Shown in pieces: positions 38,017 through 50,700 of a DNA stretch of 64,000 nt (position 1 is its first letter; the number at the start of each line of letters is the position of its first letter). Below the pieces are notes generated by a model, which was given only the letters and a program-made list of their open reading frames with translations, had not been told where the DNA came from and searched no databases. The DNA is from Octopus sinensis (Eukaryota), in the NCBI RefSeq assembly GCF_006345805.1, contig NC_042998.1, positions 157,976,001-158,040,000 on the forward strand. The letters run 5' to 3'. The position numbers were made by a program, and so were the translations under genes.

Positions 38017-39032
38017 GCGAGAGTTACCCACCTACAGTGCTCTGGCACACCGTTATTTTGCGAAATCAATGAATTAAACAAAATTACAAGCTTTCGTGGA
38101 TTTTTTTGCTCTATCCAAATATACATGGCATGTATCCAAATATACGCACGCATATTCCCTGCATACTAAATTGATAGTTTAGCATCCTATTTCGTTGCCT
38201 GCAATCGTCTCAGTTTACATTATAGATTCGATGTACCTCGCTATTCTCTAGACATAAACGAAATATTTTGTTAGTTTTTCATACGGATAATAGATTTTTT
38301 CCCATTTCATTAATTCTGCAGCCGAATCAGAGGTTATTCCTAAAATACTCAGGTTCTGTACGTATTTCTCAGCTTCGAGCATTTATTCTTCAGCTTGAAT
38401 AACTTCTATACATTGATAAGCATATTGAAACCCTAGTACGTGAGAGCGATAAAAAATAAGCCCAATATTTTATATGGTAAACTACATTGAACAATACACT
38501 GAAAGTACGAGGACAACAGCAATGCACAGGCCACTTATAAACCTATTACTACGGCTTATAGCATACCACCGGTAAAGATGGTAGTACATACTTCTGCTGA
38601 TTACTGCACATGCCGTCAACCAGCTACCACGAGAGACTGCAAGGGGACTTCAAGCAATTTACACTGATACATACATCGAATTATATACAAACACATACAC
38701 ACACTCGTGTATGTATGTGTATGTGTGTGTGTGCGTGCGCGCGCGCGTGCGTGTTACTTCAAAACCTATATCTTCTATAACCAAGCTATAAATTCACTAT
38801 TATCATAGGTGAAACAATATAAATATGAAAGATATTTCTCAAGTTCAAAATATTAATTTGCTTTTGTTATCTACATTTAAGTGACAGAGTTTGTAGATTT
38901 GTTGGAAAGCTATCCCGTTCTTACAGAGAAATGTCCTACAATCAACTATAAAAGAGAATATACATATTCGAATGTACGTAGATGCAGACATATATATATA
39001 TATATATATAATATATATACACGCACACACAC

Positions 39033-39073
<41 letters not shown>

Positions 39074-39859
39074 TATATACATATGTATATACATATATAT
39101 ATATATATACACATATATATACATACATACATACATAGATATACATATACATATTCAAATATATATATTACTTACATAAATTTACACACACACACACGCA
39201 CACACATATAGATATTTATGGGAGGTTATCAATCCGGGGAAACATACTTAACAAGCTCTCTCTTAGCACATCAGGCTAGCAATATCGTGTAGATTAAGAA
39301 AGAACTTCAAATATTCATGTTGTGCTCCAGTTGTACCGGTTTTTAAATTGAGTTTTTACACAACAAAGTATAAATAATGCTCAATACATATTTACTCGAA
39401 TAAAGGAAAAATACGTCACAACAATTATTTATATCTTGGTAGATATTCGGACTCATATGCATATGTACTGTATTGGTGCAAAATTCAGTTCAGTATTTAA
39501 TGTACAAAACTTTGACTAACTTCCTTTGTCTTACATTAAACATTCTACTCTTATCGTTTGCCTTACGAGTTGCCTAACGTCAGTTATATAATAAGTTTGA
39601 CAAACAAGTATACATAACTAGAATATTAATAAAGACGGATTTAGGAATACATAGAACCCGAGAATCGTAACCTTATATATGGGGCCTCGTCTCTTCGTAG
39701 TGTGTAAAGTTGTACTAACATAATTAAAACAGAGATTCCCCACAACCTTATATGGTAAGCATCCAAACAAATTTTCATTATTGCTGATATCCAAGTATTC
39801 ATTGATTTATGTGCTTCATACATAGTAGTATATATACATATGTCTGTGTATTTACACAC

Positions 39860-39925
<66 letters not shown>

Positions 39926-40625
39926 TGTGTGAGTGAGGGGTGTGTGTGTGTGTGTCCGTATGAGTGTGTCTGTGTGTCTGTGTGTATATATGTGTGTAAT
40001 GAGATTCTGACTATGTACACCAGTTCTTTGGCAGAAGACTACTGCTATAAAACAGATTGTACAATTTTTAACATATTAAAATTACCGTTAGATTTCGTAT
40101 ATTTCCGTCTTCATTGTGACTGCGATGCCGAAAATACACAGCTTACAACCGTAAAGAACTGTCTGTAAGTTCACACTGTAAATTCACACTTCAGCAAATA
40201 GTTACGTTGATTTTAATTTTCTCTTCTGCTTATCGAAGCGAATTGACAAAAATGATTCTAAGTTTCTAAAGTTTTAAAAATTATCTCTCATTTCACCAAC
40301 TCACACTCTACAGCAATACTATGATATGTTCTTCTTGTTTTTGCAGGCTTATGACTAAAGGCTTTACTGCAAAAAAAAAAAAGCATAAATTTAGAAAAGT
40401 GATTTCGTTACCCTGTGATTCCTCGGCCGCAAGTGACGACACAGACAGACAGGCACAAACACACACACTGTTTTAATTTAATTTGACAGGAAACAACACA
40501 TATCTCTATATTACCACTGTTTCTCGCCGCCCTCTAAACTTTACTTTTCCAATTATCTAATTTTCTGAGGAAGCGCGAGACGTCAACTTTCATAACGGCT
40601 CTTGAAGTATCAAACTAATACTTAC

Positions 40626-40730
40626 ATCTTGCATCCATTTTTCTCTTCTTCCATTAAAAAAATTCTTGCCGGCGAGAATTGTACGTTGTCGACGCCGTAA
40701 GAATTTAGAAATTTCGAGAACGCAAATTAC
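40626..40730 (-). promoter_or_regulatory. Candidate first exon in a CpG-enriched patch
   Basis: Strong donor GAT|GTAAGTA at 40626/40625. Upstream ATGs give MEEEKNGCK- or MDAR-. CpG-rich motifs (gccggcg, gtcgacgccg) against an AT-rich background. Confidence 0.35.
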
Positions 40731-41094
40731 TTGTTATAGGAATGATGAATCCCAAATATGACACATATGGGTTCGAGTCCCACTAGCAGCCTTCCACTTG
40801 CTATTGGATTAAAATCCAATAAGCTTTTAACCCGATATTTACACGCTATCATTTAGTTTTTATTTGCTTCGTGATTCTCTTTTAGCATTATATATATAAT
40901 TCTGTGCAACAAAGAATAGTGCAACAATCAGAATCAAAACATGCTTGTTAAAGAAATGCAACTATCCAACGATCTACAATCAACGCTGTTAGAAAAAATC
41001 ATAAATGATTAATATATATGTATATATCGGTATATATGTATATATCTATCTATCTATATAAGTGTATGTATACGTACATACATATTTACACACA

Positions 41095-41162
<68 letters not shown>

Positions 41163-41699
41163 CTCGTATAAACGTACTCACACAGAGAGTATGTGGTTGT
41201 ATGTGTGCATGTATGCGTGAACACAATAAAATACAGTGCATATAATTATATTTACTGCATATCTGACTACATATATGTGCATTAGCGTAAGCGGACATAT
41301 ATAATTTGGAGCCGAACCTTTTAAATGGACGAATAACTGAAATAATAGGCTCAGATGTTTCACTGTTAATGTATTTACTGTTCTGTAAGAAGGAAATGAA
41401 ACGTGCAGCTTTATAAGGTTTCAAGTAAGATAGTGAACCAACACATACTTCGTTTTTGAATAATTTAATTACTCAGTATTTATAGTATTACATGGAATTT
41501 CTTGTACCTTGCTTCAGTGTATACTCATAGGGGCATCTTGGAGTAACCATATTCTCACAAGATGTTGATAGTTATCATAGAATATCGAACTATACCACTT
41601 GTTTCAATGTGTGAGATTTAAAGGAAATTCTATTTAATAATTTTGTTTTGGGATTTGGTTTTGTAAGTTGGTTATGTGAGTTCGTGTGTTGAAGCATAT

Positions 41700-41975
41700 T
41701 CTGTTGTGTTTGGGGAGAGTCATTCTCTTTTGGTGCCTTATAATTTAACACACTCACCGGTAAAATTTCCACTTAATTCGTTTTAAATTTTTTAAAAATT
41801 TTCGTTGCGTCTTGCAACCTTTTCAATAGTTTTGAGAGTCAAAACTATTGCAGAGGTTGCAAGACGCAACGAAACTTTTAGAAAAATGAAAAGAAAAAAA
41901 GAAATAGTGGAAAATTTACCGGTGTGTTAAATTATAAGGCACCAAAAGAGAAAGACTCTCCCCAGTCACAACATG
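41700..41975. mobile_element. Fold-back MITE-like palindrome (about 270 bp)
   Basis: ggggagagtc-ttctcttttggtgccttataatttaacacac...accggtaaa...ttcgttgcgtcttgcaacct-caatagttttga is mirrored around 41832-41836. Confidence 0.85.
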
Positions 41976-42689
41976 CTATTTAATAATTGGAATAAGGAAA
42001 TGGATGGAGCGGGCTCTTATGTTTACAGTATCACGAAATAGACCAACAAGAATTATACAAAATATATACGAAATTATTTAAGTCCATCGACATGTCAAAC
42101 AAAAAATTAGATAAGATTAAACTGATAGTGAAATAAAAGAGAAACCGGAGACAATTGTGCATACAGGTAACGCTGGAAAAACAATGAATAGTTAATTATT
42201 TGCTCTTGAACGAAGAGAATAGAGTGCGAAGAATGAAGTGAACTGGAACTTTTCTAAATTCAAATGAAAAAAATCATGCCTGAATCGTAGAACTATAGAA
42301 AATCAGAAGGACATTCTCGGAAGGAAAATAATCTCAGATAAGAAGAGAAATGAAAGAATGTGAAAGGAAAAGGGAGATGGAGAGAAGGAAAACATGCCTG
42401 AGTTAGAGAGAGGAGAGAGAGTTAAACAGTCTTTTTCGCTTTATATCTCTCAAGCATTGCCGAACACCATAGTTATAAAAGCTCGCTGGACTGAAGGGAG
42501 GCCAAAGTTGCCCTTGAACAACGAGATACAGACGAGAGAGCAAACAACGAAGTGGCTTGTAGTATTTCAAAGTTCAAATAGGAAATATCATGCATGAGCA
42601 ATAGGATCCTGGAAGATTAGGAGAATCAGACAGAGAAAGGGAAAAGAGAGAATAAGAGAGGGATAAAGAGACGGAGAGAAGGAAGAAGT

Positions 42690-43430
42690 GAGGATAGAGG
42701 AGAAAACCGCTCTTTTCGGCTGCGCCTCTCTCGAGCGTCGCATAACATTTTCTGTATTGAAGTGAGGCTGAAATTGTTGGTAAACGACACTTAATAAAGA
42801 AGGGAAAAAAACTATTAGTAAACTTTTTATGGCATTCTTCAGTTTTCCTTGGTCTTGTCGTCTGCAGGAATAAAGATTGTATTTCAATTCGGGGGATGGG
42901 CGGAGGGCATTCGCAAATACACATTTCGCCATCATGAATAGTTTTTGTAATGCAATTCTGCCTATCGTTTGCATTGTTGCAAATTTCGATGTATACGTCA
43001 AAGACGTTGCTTTTCAAGTGTCAAGAACCGAAGAAAAAAACATTTCCGGCAACGCAATACAAGTTTATTTCTTGCAGCGAGAACTTCATGGTAGATACTC
43101 TAACTGAATCCAGCCATGTGAAACAGCTAATGAATTGTTTATCGATGGTAATTAGAGATGAGTTTGCCAGTTTTTTACGCATTTTCTGTCTCACAATGAT
43201 CATCACTTGAAATAGACAGAGTTTTGTAAAAATAAATGTTTCTCAAAGGCCGGAAATCTCCTTAAAGAAATTTTGTCAAAATCTAAGAGCATTTCGAAAT
43301 ATCGGTTAAGATTTGCTGAACTTCGACCAAAATTCAATACAAGACGTTATTTGAATTTTTTCCGCCATCTTAAAATTTTCAGAGCTTTTCTGAGACAACG
43401 TGCCAAAAACTCGCGTATTAACTGAATATG
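42690..43430. promoter_or_regulatory. Unique, CpG-enriched island; putative promoter or 5' exon region
   Basis: TE-free, many CpGs, AAGATGGCGG (YY1-type/start-context motif) on the minus strand near 43362-43371, and plus-strand acceptors at 42868 and 43077. Orientation unresolved. Confidence 0.4.
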
Positions 43431-43559
43431 TAAATTAGCATGAAACATGTGTTGAAGGCTAAAAACTAAAGATTGTCACCTGCGCAGCCTGTTTATGAAT
43501 GGGTGTGTGTTTTGCGCGCGCGCTCACACACTCATGCACAAACACACACATGTATGTAG

Positions 43560-43928
43560 ATAGTCTACGCGGTCAAGTAGTTCAACTTACAATCATATCA
43601 GTTTGTGCCTAGTACTTCGGCAGGACGACTAAAGCTTTGAGAGTGAAAATGGTTGATAGAAACTGTGAGGAAGCCTGTCGTAGATATGTGTGTGTATTCG
43701 AGAGAGAGAGGGAGAAAGAGAGAGAGAGAGTGAGTATTTGCGTACGCGAGTGAGTGTGTGCGTTTTGTTTGTCCTCCCCCTCCCACGCTGCTTGTTTACA
43801 TCTCCGTAATTGATAGAATAGCTACAAAACTGTAAGAAAATTGTTCTAGGAATAATTTAATCGACTAAAACACTTGCATTCGGTGTCCGAGCATGGCTGC
43901 AGTCCAATAAGTGAAAGAATAAAAGAAT
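43560..43928 (+). mobile_element. Degenerate family B SINE
   Basis: aaagctttgagagtgaaaatggttgatagaaactgtgaggaagcctgtcgta...gagcatggctgcagtcc...gaaagaataaaagaat. Confidence 0.6.
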
Positions 43929-44173
43929 ATATATCGAGGTATTTTATTTACTCTGTCCATGCTGCTCAGTTTGTCACTTTTGTACTTTATCTTCTTAGAT
44001 AATAAAATCTACATCCAAGCGTGTGTATAGTCGCAGTTTGGTTCTTGAGTTCAATATCATTTATTCCATCTTGGACCGATGTCTTATGTTAAAGCCTTGG
44101 GTTGATCAGTTACTTAAATATAAATTGCTAAACGGAATCTGTGCAGATTTACTCAGTCTGTGTGTGCGCGCGC

Positions 44174-44251
<78 letters not shown>

Positions 44252-46480
44252 GTGTGTGTGTGTGTGTGTGTGTATGTTCTGGAAGCAATGCAACCTTTTA
44301 AAAACTAATCTTGTATTAAAAAGTTAATTAATTTAGTGGATAATATATATCTCCATCTGATGCCATTGTATTCAAGCAGTAACTCTTGAATCAAATGCCT
44401 TATCTTCCCTGACCACAGTCTGCTGTTAAAAAATAAAATAAGAATGGTCGTTTTTATTCTTTTTTTTTATGGAGTGAGAGAGTGAGGGAGATAGAGTGAG
44501 AAAGAAAAGCGAGATTTATACGGTTCGTATCCAACGCCTGCAAGTTTTATCAATAATGTGCGTAATGATATTGATTTCTTAAGCCTAAAAATATAAACCT
44601 GACTAAATCTATCCAGATTACAATGTATTGTAATAAACACAACTAGCTGAAGTGCTGAATAACAAGAGGCATACATTCAAAATAATAATATATAAAATAT
44701 CAATGCAGAATTACACCACGATTTGTGGGTATGAAGTTACATCAACTCAGTCTATCAACATTACAAACAGGCTATATATTGTAAAATAATTGATTTAACG
44801 TACTCGTAAAACATTTTTATATATATTTCTGCCTTTCAACTGGTAAATTGAAAACTTTATATTACAGCTTCTAATCTGTATCTTCAAAAAAAAATGTATA
44901 CAAAGCTATTTATACAACAATGTTTTTGCAAGTTTTCCTATGTTAGTTTAGGTCATACAGTTTTATAGCATACAAGTTTTTCAGACCTGATCATATTCAA
45001 AGTAAGGAGAAATGTTAGCTGGCTTACAGAGAAATTGCATGTTTTAGAACATTGTTCTGAGTTCAAATATCTTCGAAGACGGTTTATCGTAGGGTTAAAA
45101 AAAAACCGCCAATTCTAATCAGCAGAACTATGTGCAGATTGAATTATAGAATAGGTCACAGAATTAGCATGATACTATGTTGGCTAGCTGGTCTTCCAAT
45201 GCTAGTTTCAATATATCCATCGCACAGCTTCAGTCTGCGCAAATTTAGACAAAAGATTTTGCTAATTCTAGTCATGAGCGAGAAAATAGTCTTCACCTAT
45301 TCATTCCTCAACTTAGTGGGAACACATACTTTGAGATAGCGAAATAAAATTTTCGGTTACAAAATAATCAGTTCATAGACACAGTGCTAAGATATCTGCA
45401 AGAAACTATTAATGGGGGATTCATTCAATTGATTTGTACAACTAACTGTCTTGTTCCTCAACATAGTTTCACACAATAGAAACGATAATATATTTATTTG
45501 TCCTTTTGTTCCTCAATTAGTCAAAGTACCCACTCTACTTTTCGCTTATTTGACTAGTGTATCATCTTCGTTCTTTTTACTTATTCATTTGTCTGTAAAT
45601 TTACTTACCCATTGATCATGTGAGCATTTCTAAATAGGTTAATATTGTTCACCTTTTTCATTAATCAAAAGAACATTCAGTTATTGGCTTACACATTCGC
45701 CTCGCTGCTGAAGCTGTGTCTATCGATTTTTTTGTTCGTTATTTTTTTGCCCTTTTGTCTAAGCACCGAATCAGTTACTCGCTTGTCCACTAAACTGTCA
45801 ATTGCTTGCTAATTAACAATTATTAATTACTTGTTTATTAAATCAGCATTTTAACTATTACCCCTTTGGTGCCATTATCGTTTGAAGAGGTTGAACCAAA
45901 TAATAGCTACAAAATCATGTCAAATCATAATTCCTAAGAGAGATAATTTTTTGAAAATATACACATAATGTTATTATCAATTATAATTATCTCACTCTGT
46001 AAAACGGTATATATATACAGGTTTGTATGATTGTGTATAGAGAGATATATATTATTTAAAGGAATTCCAAGTCTGTTTTTTATTTTTTATTTATATTCTT
46101 TATAATATTAATGTAGAATATAGAATATATAGTATAAATAGTATATATAGTAAAATGAAATGAAGTATTGATTGTCTTATTGAATAGATGAAATACTGAA
46201 TATCAAATATTAAGGGACTAGTATACTTTCTTGCATTAAAGCAGTATTCAAGGTCCCAGGTTGTGACAGGAGTGTTTCAACTGTGGTTGACTGGCTGTCT
46301 TTTGTCCTTTATATACGTTCCTGTGGACAGCAATAGTAGTTGTTTGTCTATTCTTAGAAATGATGCCAAACCATTTTTCAATGTTAATTTTTAGAAATGA
46401 TGACAGCAGTACATTTTAGAGATTTTTTGTATTTTAGTTATAGGAATAAGATTTTTAAACCCCAAATAAGATTAATTTAA

Positions 46481-46861
46481 TCATTGTTTGTTAAGTTTGG
46501 GTTTGAACTTCTTAATAAAATCCTTTTCTCTCAGTTTTCTCTCAATTTCATTCAGGTTGTAAAGTTTATGAAATGGAAATATCATAAAAGTTTTCTGAAA
46601 ACATGTTGCCAGAAGGTTACTCAGTGGTATTTGGCGGACTCCTAGGTTTTTGATTTGTTGTCGATGCATACGTGAGTGTTCTGATAGTGCATTACCTGTC
46701 TGGCCAACATACAGTTCTTCACAATTGGGGCATTTGATCTGATTAAATTTCTGCTTTTGCAGTTCATGTTCGCGTTTGTGAATATTTTCCCTGTTTTTGT
46801 GTTCATATATGGGCCGGTATGAATTAATTGGCATGTACCGCACCGACTATCATTGCATTTA

Positions 46862-46862
<1 letters not shown>
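46481..46862 (-). pseudogene. Penelope-like element C-terminal GIY-YIG endonuclease fragment
   Basis: KCNDSRCGTCQLIH...NMNCKSRNLI / IKCPNCEELYVGQTGNALSE---MHRQQI...ERKLREKDFIKKFKPKLN*: Cys-rich linker, YVGQT motif and the characteristic PLE C-terminus. Confidence 0.88.
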
Positions 46863-46936
<74 letters not shown>

Positions 46937-47141
46937 CTTTGTTGCTCATCCTATATATTGCTAATCCTATAATGAAAAGAGCAATTATTAAAAACAGTAC
47001 AGTCTAGAAAATTCTTAAAAATTCAAATTTAAATATAATTTTACCAAAATGTAGTTTTCAAGACTCTTTTATTATAAGATTTCAATTGCAGAAAACTTTG
47101 ATTCTCTGCAAGACAGTTTTCCTCGTAAAGCTTTCCTTCCC

Positions 47142-47197
47142 CTCCTCTCTCTCTCTCTCTCTGCCTGTCTGTCGCTCTTTCTCTATGACTCTGTCCT

Positions 47198-47238
<41 letters not shown>

Positions 47239-47269
47239 GTCTGTCGCTCTTTCTCTATGACTCTGTCCT

Positions 47270-47305
<36 letters not shown>
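47142..47305. repeat. (CT)n array containing a duplicated 40-bp cassette (gcctgtctgtcgctctttctctatgactctgtccttg)
   Basis: Visible directly, two copies. Confidence 0.9.
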
Positions 47306-47308
<3 letters not shown>

Positions 47309-48621
47309 CACACACGCAAACACAAACACAAACCCACACACACACACTTAGAGCAATGACATATATATTTCTGATAGTTAATTCCCTGGCTGAGATCTGT
47401 GTCCGTGTTATCGCTAGTTTCTATAATGAACAGGAATGAGAAAACATCAAAGCCCATCTTTAAATATGCGTGAGTATGTGCTTATATAAGCTATCTGAAC
47501 TTAAATATACAAAAATACACCACTACGGAAAAGAAATACAAAGTATGCAATCACATATTCAAACCTACAGAAATATTTTCAGTATAATATTTTCCAGTCC
47601 GTACTAGGTGTGCACTCCAGTCCACTATCATACAAAGTTATGAAATCGTTTGATATGCATATATACGACAAAAAGAGGACTTTTACATGGTTAAATTTTA
47701 GTCGATATAATAACTGATTTCTTAATAAATTCTAATACTGCTTTTGCGCGCATGCTATTATTCTTAATATATTTACTAAGCGGGTGAGTTCTCTAAGGCG
47801 AATAAAAGATACAAAGAGAAATTAGTCTTAAGACATCAGAAAAACTACACAAGCTGGGAATCAACTGTGTAAATATTATTTAGCGACTAACAGAAAACCA
47901 CCAGGGAGCAGTGTTTCTACTAGTAATTATAACTATTTCTTCTTTTGTAATACAACCATTTTTAATAAAGTTCCGAATTATTCTCTAGTTTAATATAACA
48001 ACGAAGCAAAATACAAATAGTATGAATTTTATACACACAGAAGTCAAAAAGTATTTTCCCTGTAAACAGGCAAATATCAAGCGCAAATTTGTAAAAAGAA
48101 AACCATAAACACAAGACTAAACAAAAATGAACCTCCCGAATATGTCATGCGGTAGGATCAAACCCGGGATCTCAGGATTGCGGAGCAAACATCTGAACCA
48201 CTCATACATAACGACATGATGCATACTCAAGTCTATGTGTGTGTGTATGTATGTGTGTGTATATATATATATATATAGGAAAAACTGTATCGTCACTAAT
48301 TGTGACTGAGGTTGTCAAGGGACCTATATTGTAATAAATAAGAGTTAAAAACTCTTAATGCTGTTAAAAGCACGCAATATATATATACACTGACAGGGAA
48401 GACACCTCATGAGCATCTCTAAGATCACTAGCCTAGACAAGTTTTGCCCATCAGTCGTAGACCCACCAGTTGCGACTACTCAAATGCTCGATCGCTTAGC
48501 TAAATCAGGCTGTCAGTATATATATTTTTATCATAAAAATTTATGGCTGATTTACCAAAATGTTAATGTGTATAATAAGAATTAAGATAAACAGCTAAGC
48601 GCAATATAATATAACAAAAAG

Positions 48622-48712
48622 GAATATATCTCTCCACCTAACAGTATAAGAATTTGGCGGCACTAGCACTGAATATGATCTGTCTGATACCGTTAGGTGG
48701 AGAGATATATTC
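48622..48712. repeat. 26-bp inverted repeat (25/26 identity) with a 39-nt loop
   Basis: gaatatatctctccacctaacagtat / ataccgttaggtggagagatatattc. Confidence 0.9.
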
Positions 48713-48757
48713 GATTCTTCCAGTGCCTTGGAATTTAATATTTAATATTGTTGGAAT

Positions 48758-48842
48758 CCCATGCTGATGAACGAAAATGGTTGGGTAAAGTATAATTCTA
48801 TATTCTTTATACCGATCTAATTCCGAAACGCGCGTACATGGG
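48758..48842 (+). ncRNA. Type I hammerhead ribozyme motif with an extended, partly decayed stem II
   Basis: CCCAUG-CUGAUGA-...-GAAAC-gcgc-GU-A-CAUGGG: perfect 6-bp stem I, palindromic stem III, GUA triplet. Confidence 0.7.
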
Positions 48843-49035
48843 TAACCAAATATGGATTGATTTTCGTTATTTTTCCTCTTTGCCTGCGTAGATTGTTTTC
48901 AAGTACTTTGGTTTTTCTGGAAGTCCCTTTTAAAGTAGAAGAAATAGCTAAGGTTTTTTTGACTGCTATTTCTAAACTTCGGTCTGTGGTAAAGCAAATC
49001 TTTGCTGAACCCTAATTATAAAGTGTATATATATA

Positions 49036-49075
<40 letters not shown>

Positions 49076-49084
49076 AAGTAAAAA

Positions 49085-49305
49085 ATTATTTCCCGAGCCA
49101 TATACTCACAGGGCCGGTTTCCAGTGCGTATATTTAAACCACCTGGGCAGGACGCCGGTTGGTCACAGGATTACTCATTTTTGCCGACTGACCAGAATGA
49201 AATACCGTGAAATGAAATGTTTTGCTCAAAGACATAACATGTCGCCCAGTCCACGAATCGAAACCACAATCTTACGATCATGAGACCACTAACCCACGCG
49301 TCCCC
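49085..49305 (-). mobile_element. Degenerate tRNA-derived SINE (family C-like tail)
   Basis: cccgagccat...cacagggccggtttcc...ggacgccggt tail shared with 60378-60676, plus a tRNA-like head (gattcgtggactgggcgac). Confidence 0.6.
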
Positions 49306-49679
49306 ATACATACGCACACAAACACAAACGTATATGTAAGGGTTGTGTGCATGTGCACGAATTTACGCTACAGAAGTGAAAGAGAAATAGACGAAAAGAG
49401 AATTAAATAGGAAAGAATCGAAAATGGAGTAAAATAGAAAGTGAAAGAGAAAACAGACAGTTTCATTAGTGTTTGATATAAAAGAAGATTCATAGGACAG
49501 GAAATTAAGTGTTGTTTGTTAACCCCAATACCGACGAAAGAAACACGCTGACGGACACATATTCACACAGCAACATATTGCCAATGCACACGTTTATATC
49601 CGAATAATCCCGATTTTATTACAATAACTAATCACGAACAGCTTAAATGATTTTTTTCTTTATACAAGAATAATCAAAA

Positions 49680-50030
49680 GGACACACCATGTGGTCAAGT
49701 AATTTATTTTGCAACCACGTAGCACCGAGTTTAATACTACTGCGTGGCACTTCCGGCAAGTGTCTCCTTTTATAAACGCGGGATTACTGATGATTTGTGG
49801 GAAGAATTCGGTGAATGGAATCTGTTTGGCAAAGCGTTCTGTATTTGTATATACACACGTGTTTGTATATACATGTGAATATATATACATACATACATGT
49901 GTGTATGCATGTGCGTGCATGCGTGTGTGCGTGTGAGTGCATGCGTGTGTGTGTGCGTGTGTGTGTGTTCTGTGTGTGTGTGTGTGCGTGTGTGTGCGCG
50001 CGCGCGTATGCGTGTGTTTAACTGTATTCA
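49680..50030 (+). mobile_element. Degenerate family B SINE 5' half
   Basis: caaccacgtagcaccgagttt...ctgcgtggcacttccggcaagtgtct followed by a GT microsatellite. Confidence 0.55.
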
Positions 50031-50430
50031 AATGCTGGATTAACCTATACTGCCATTTTCAGTTCCACTGTTCATCGAGTAATGATATAGATATATATAT
50101 CTTTATTCTGTAAACGTTGGGATTATGATTAAGAAGAAAGTTTCTTCCTCTTCGATACTTGACGCTTGGCTTAATTGGCAATATTTTGTGATGTTTATTT
50201 TTTATTTTGCCTTAGCTTTAAAGTGTTTCATGAACTAAAATTCTGCTGTCACATGTTAGAATCCATGACAAAAAGCAACACAATGTACAGACATCAGCTG
50301 TTGCCTGTTTAAGATGTTTGTTTTATAAACAGATGCAGAGGTATGTGCATGTGTGTGTACATATGTATGCATATATATATATATATATATATACATATGC
50401 ACATAAATGTGCGTCTGTCTATAAGATGTA

Positions 50431-50476
<46 letters not shown>

Positions 50477-50544
50477 AGATAAGAAAATGGAGAAATACAT
50501 CTAAATCAAATATCAATTACCAGATAATACTCAATCACATTATT

Positions 50545-50700
50545 AAACCACCACATAAGAGACTGACGGTAGATAAGTTGCATAGATCTGGCTACTGGAA
50601 ACTCAATACGTCCCTTTTGGCGATTGAGGAGTACAGAAAGCGGATCAAGATGTTAATACAGAGGGCATTAACAGGTACCATCAAGGGGGAATGAACAACG
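50545..50700 (+). mobile_element. L1/Tx1-type LINE ORF2 fragment (post-endonuclease)
   Basis: LTVDKLHRSGYWKLNTSLLAIEEYRKRIKMLIQRALTG contains the W(K)LN-SLL motif of L1/Tx1. Confidence 0.75.

Noticed and set aside
40760-40800. gggttcgagtccc tRNA B-box
   Set aside because: No cloverleaf can be folded; probably a SINE head fragment, not a tRNA gene.
42574-43206. Long minus-strand frames separated by a single TGA (possible selenocysteine or readthrough)
   Set aside because: No recognisable domain or SECIS, and the C-terminal part runs into a GA-rich low-complexity tract. More consistent with UTR or chance.
48386-48520. Possible tiny TA-flanked MITE (cactgacag / ctgtcagta)
   Set aside because: TIR is only 8/9 bp and lies within AT runs; insufficient support.
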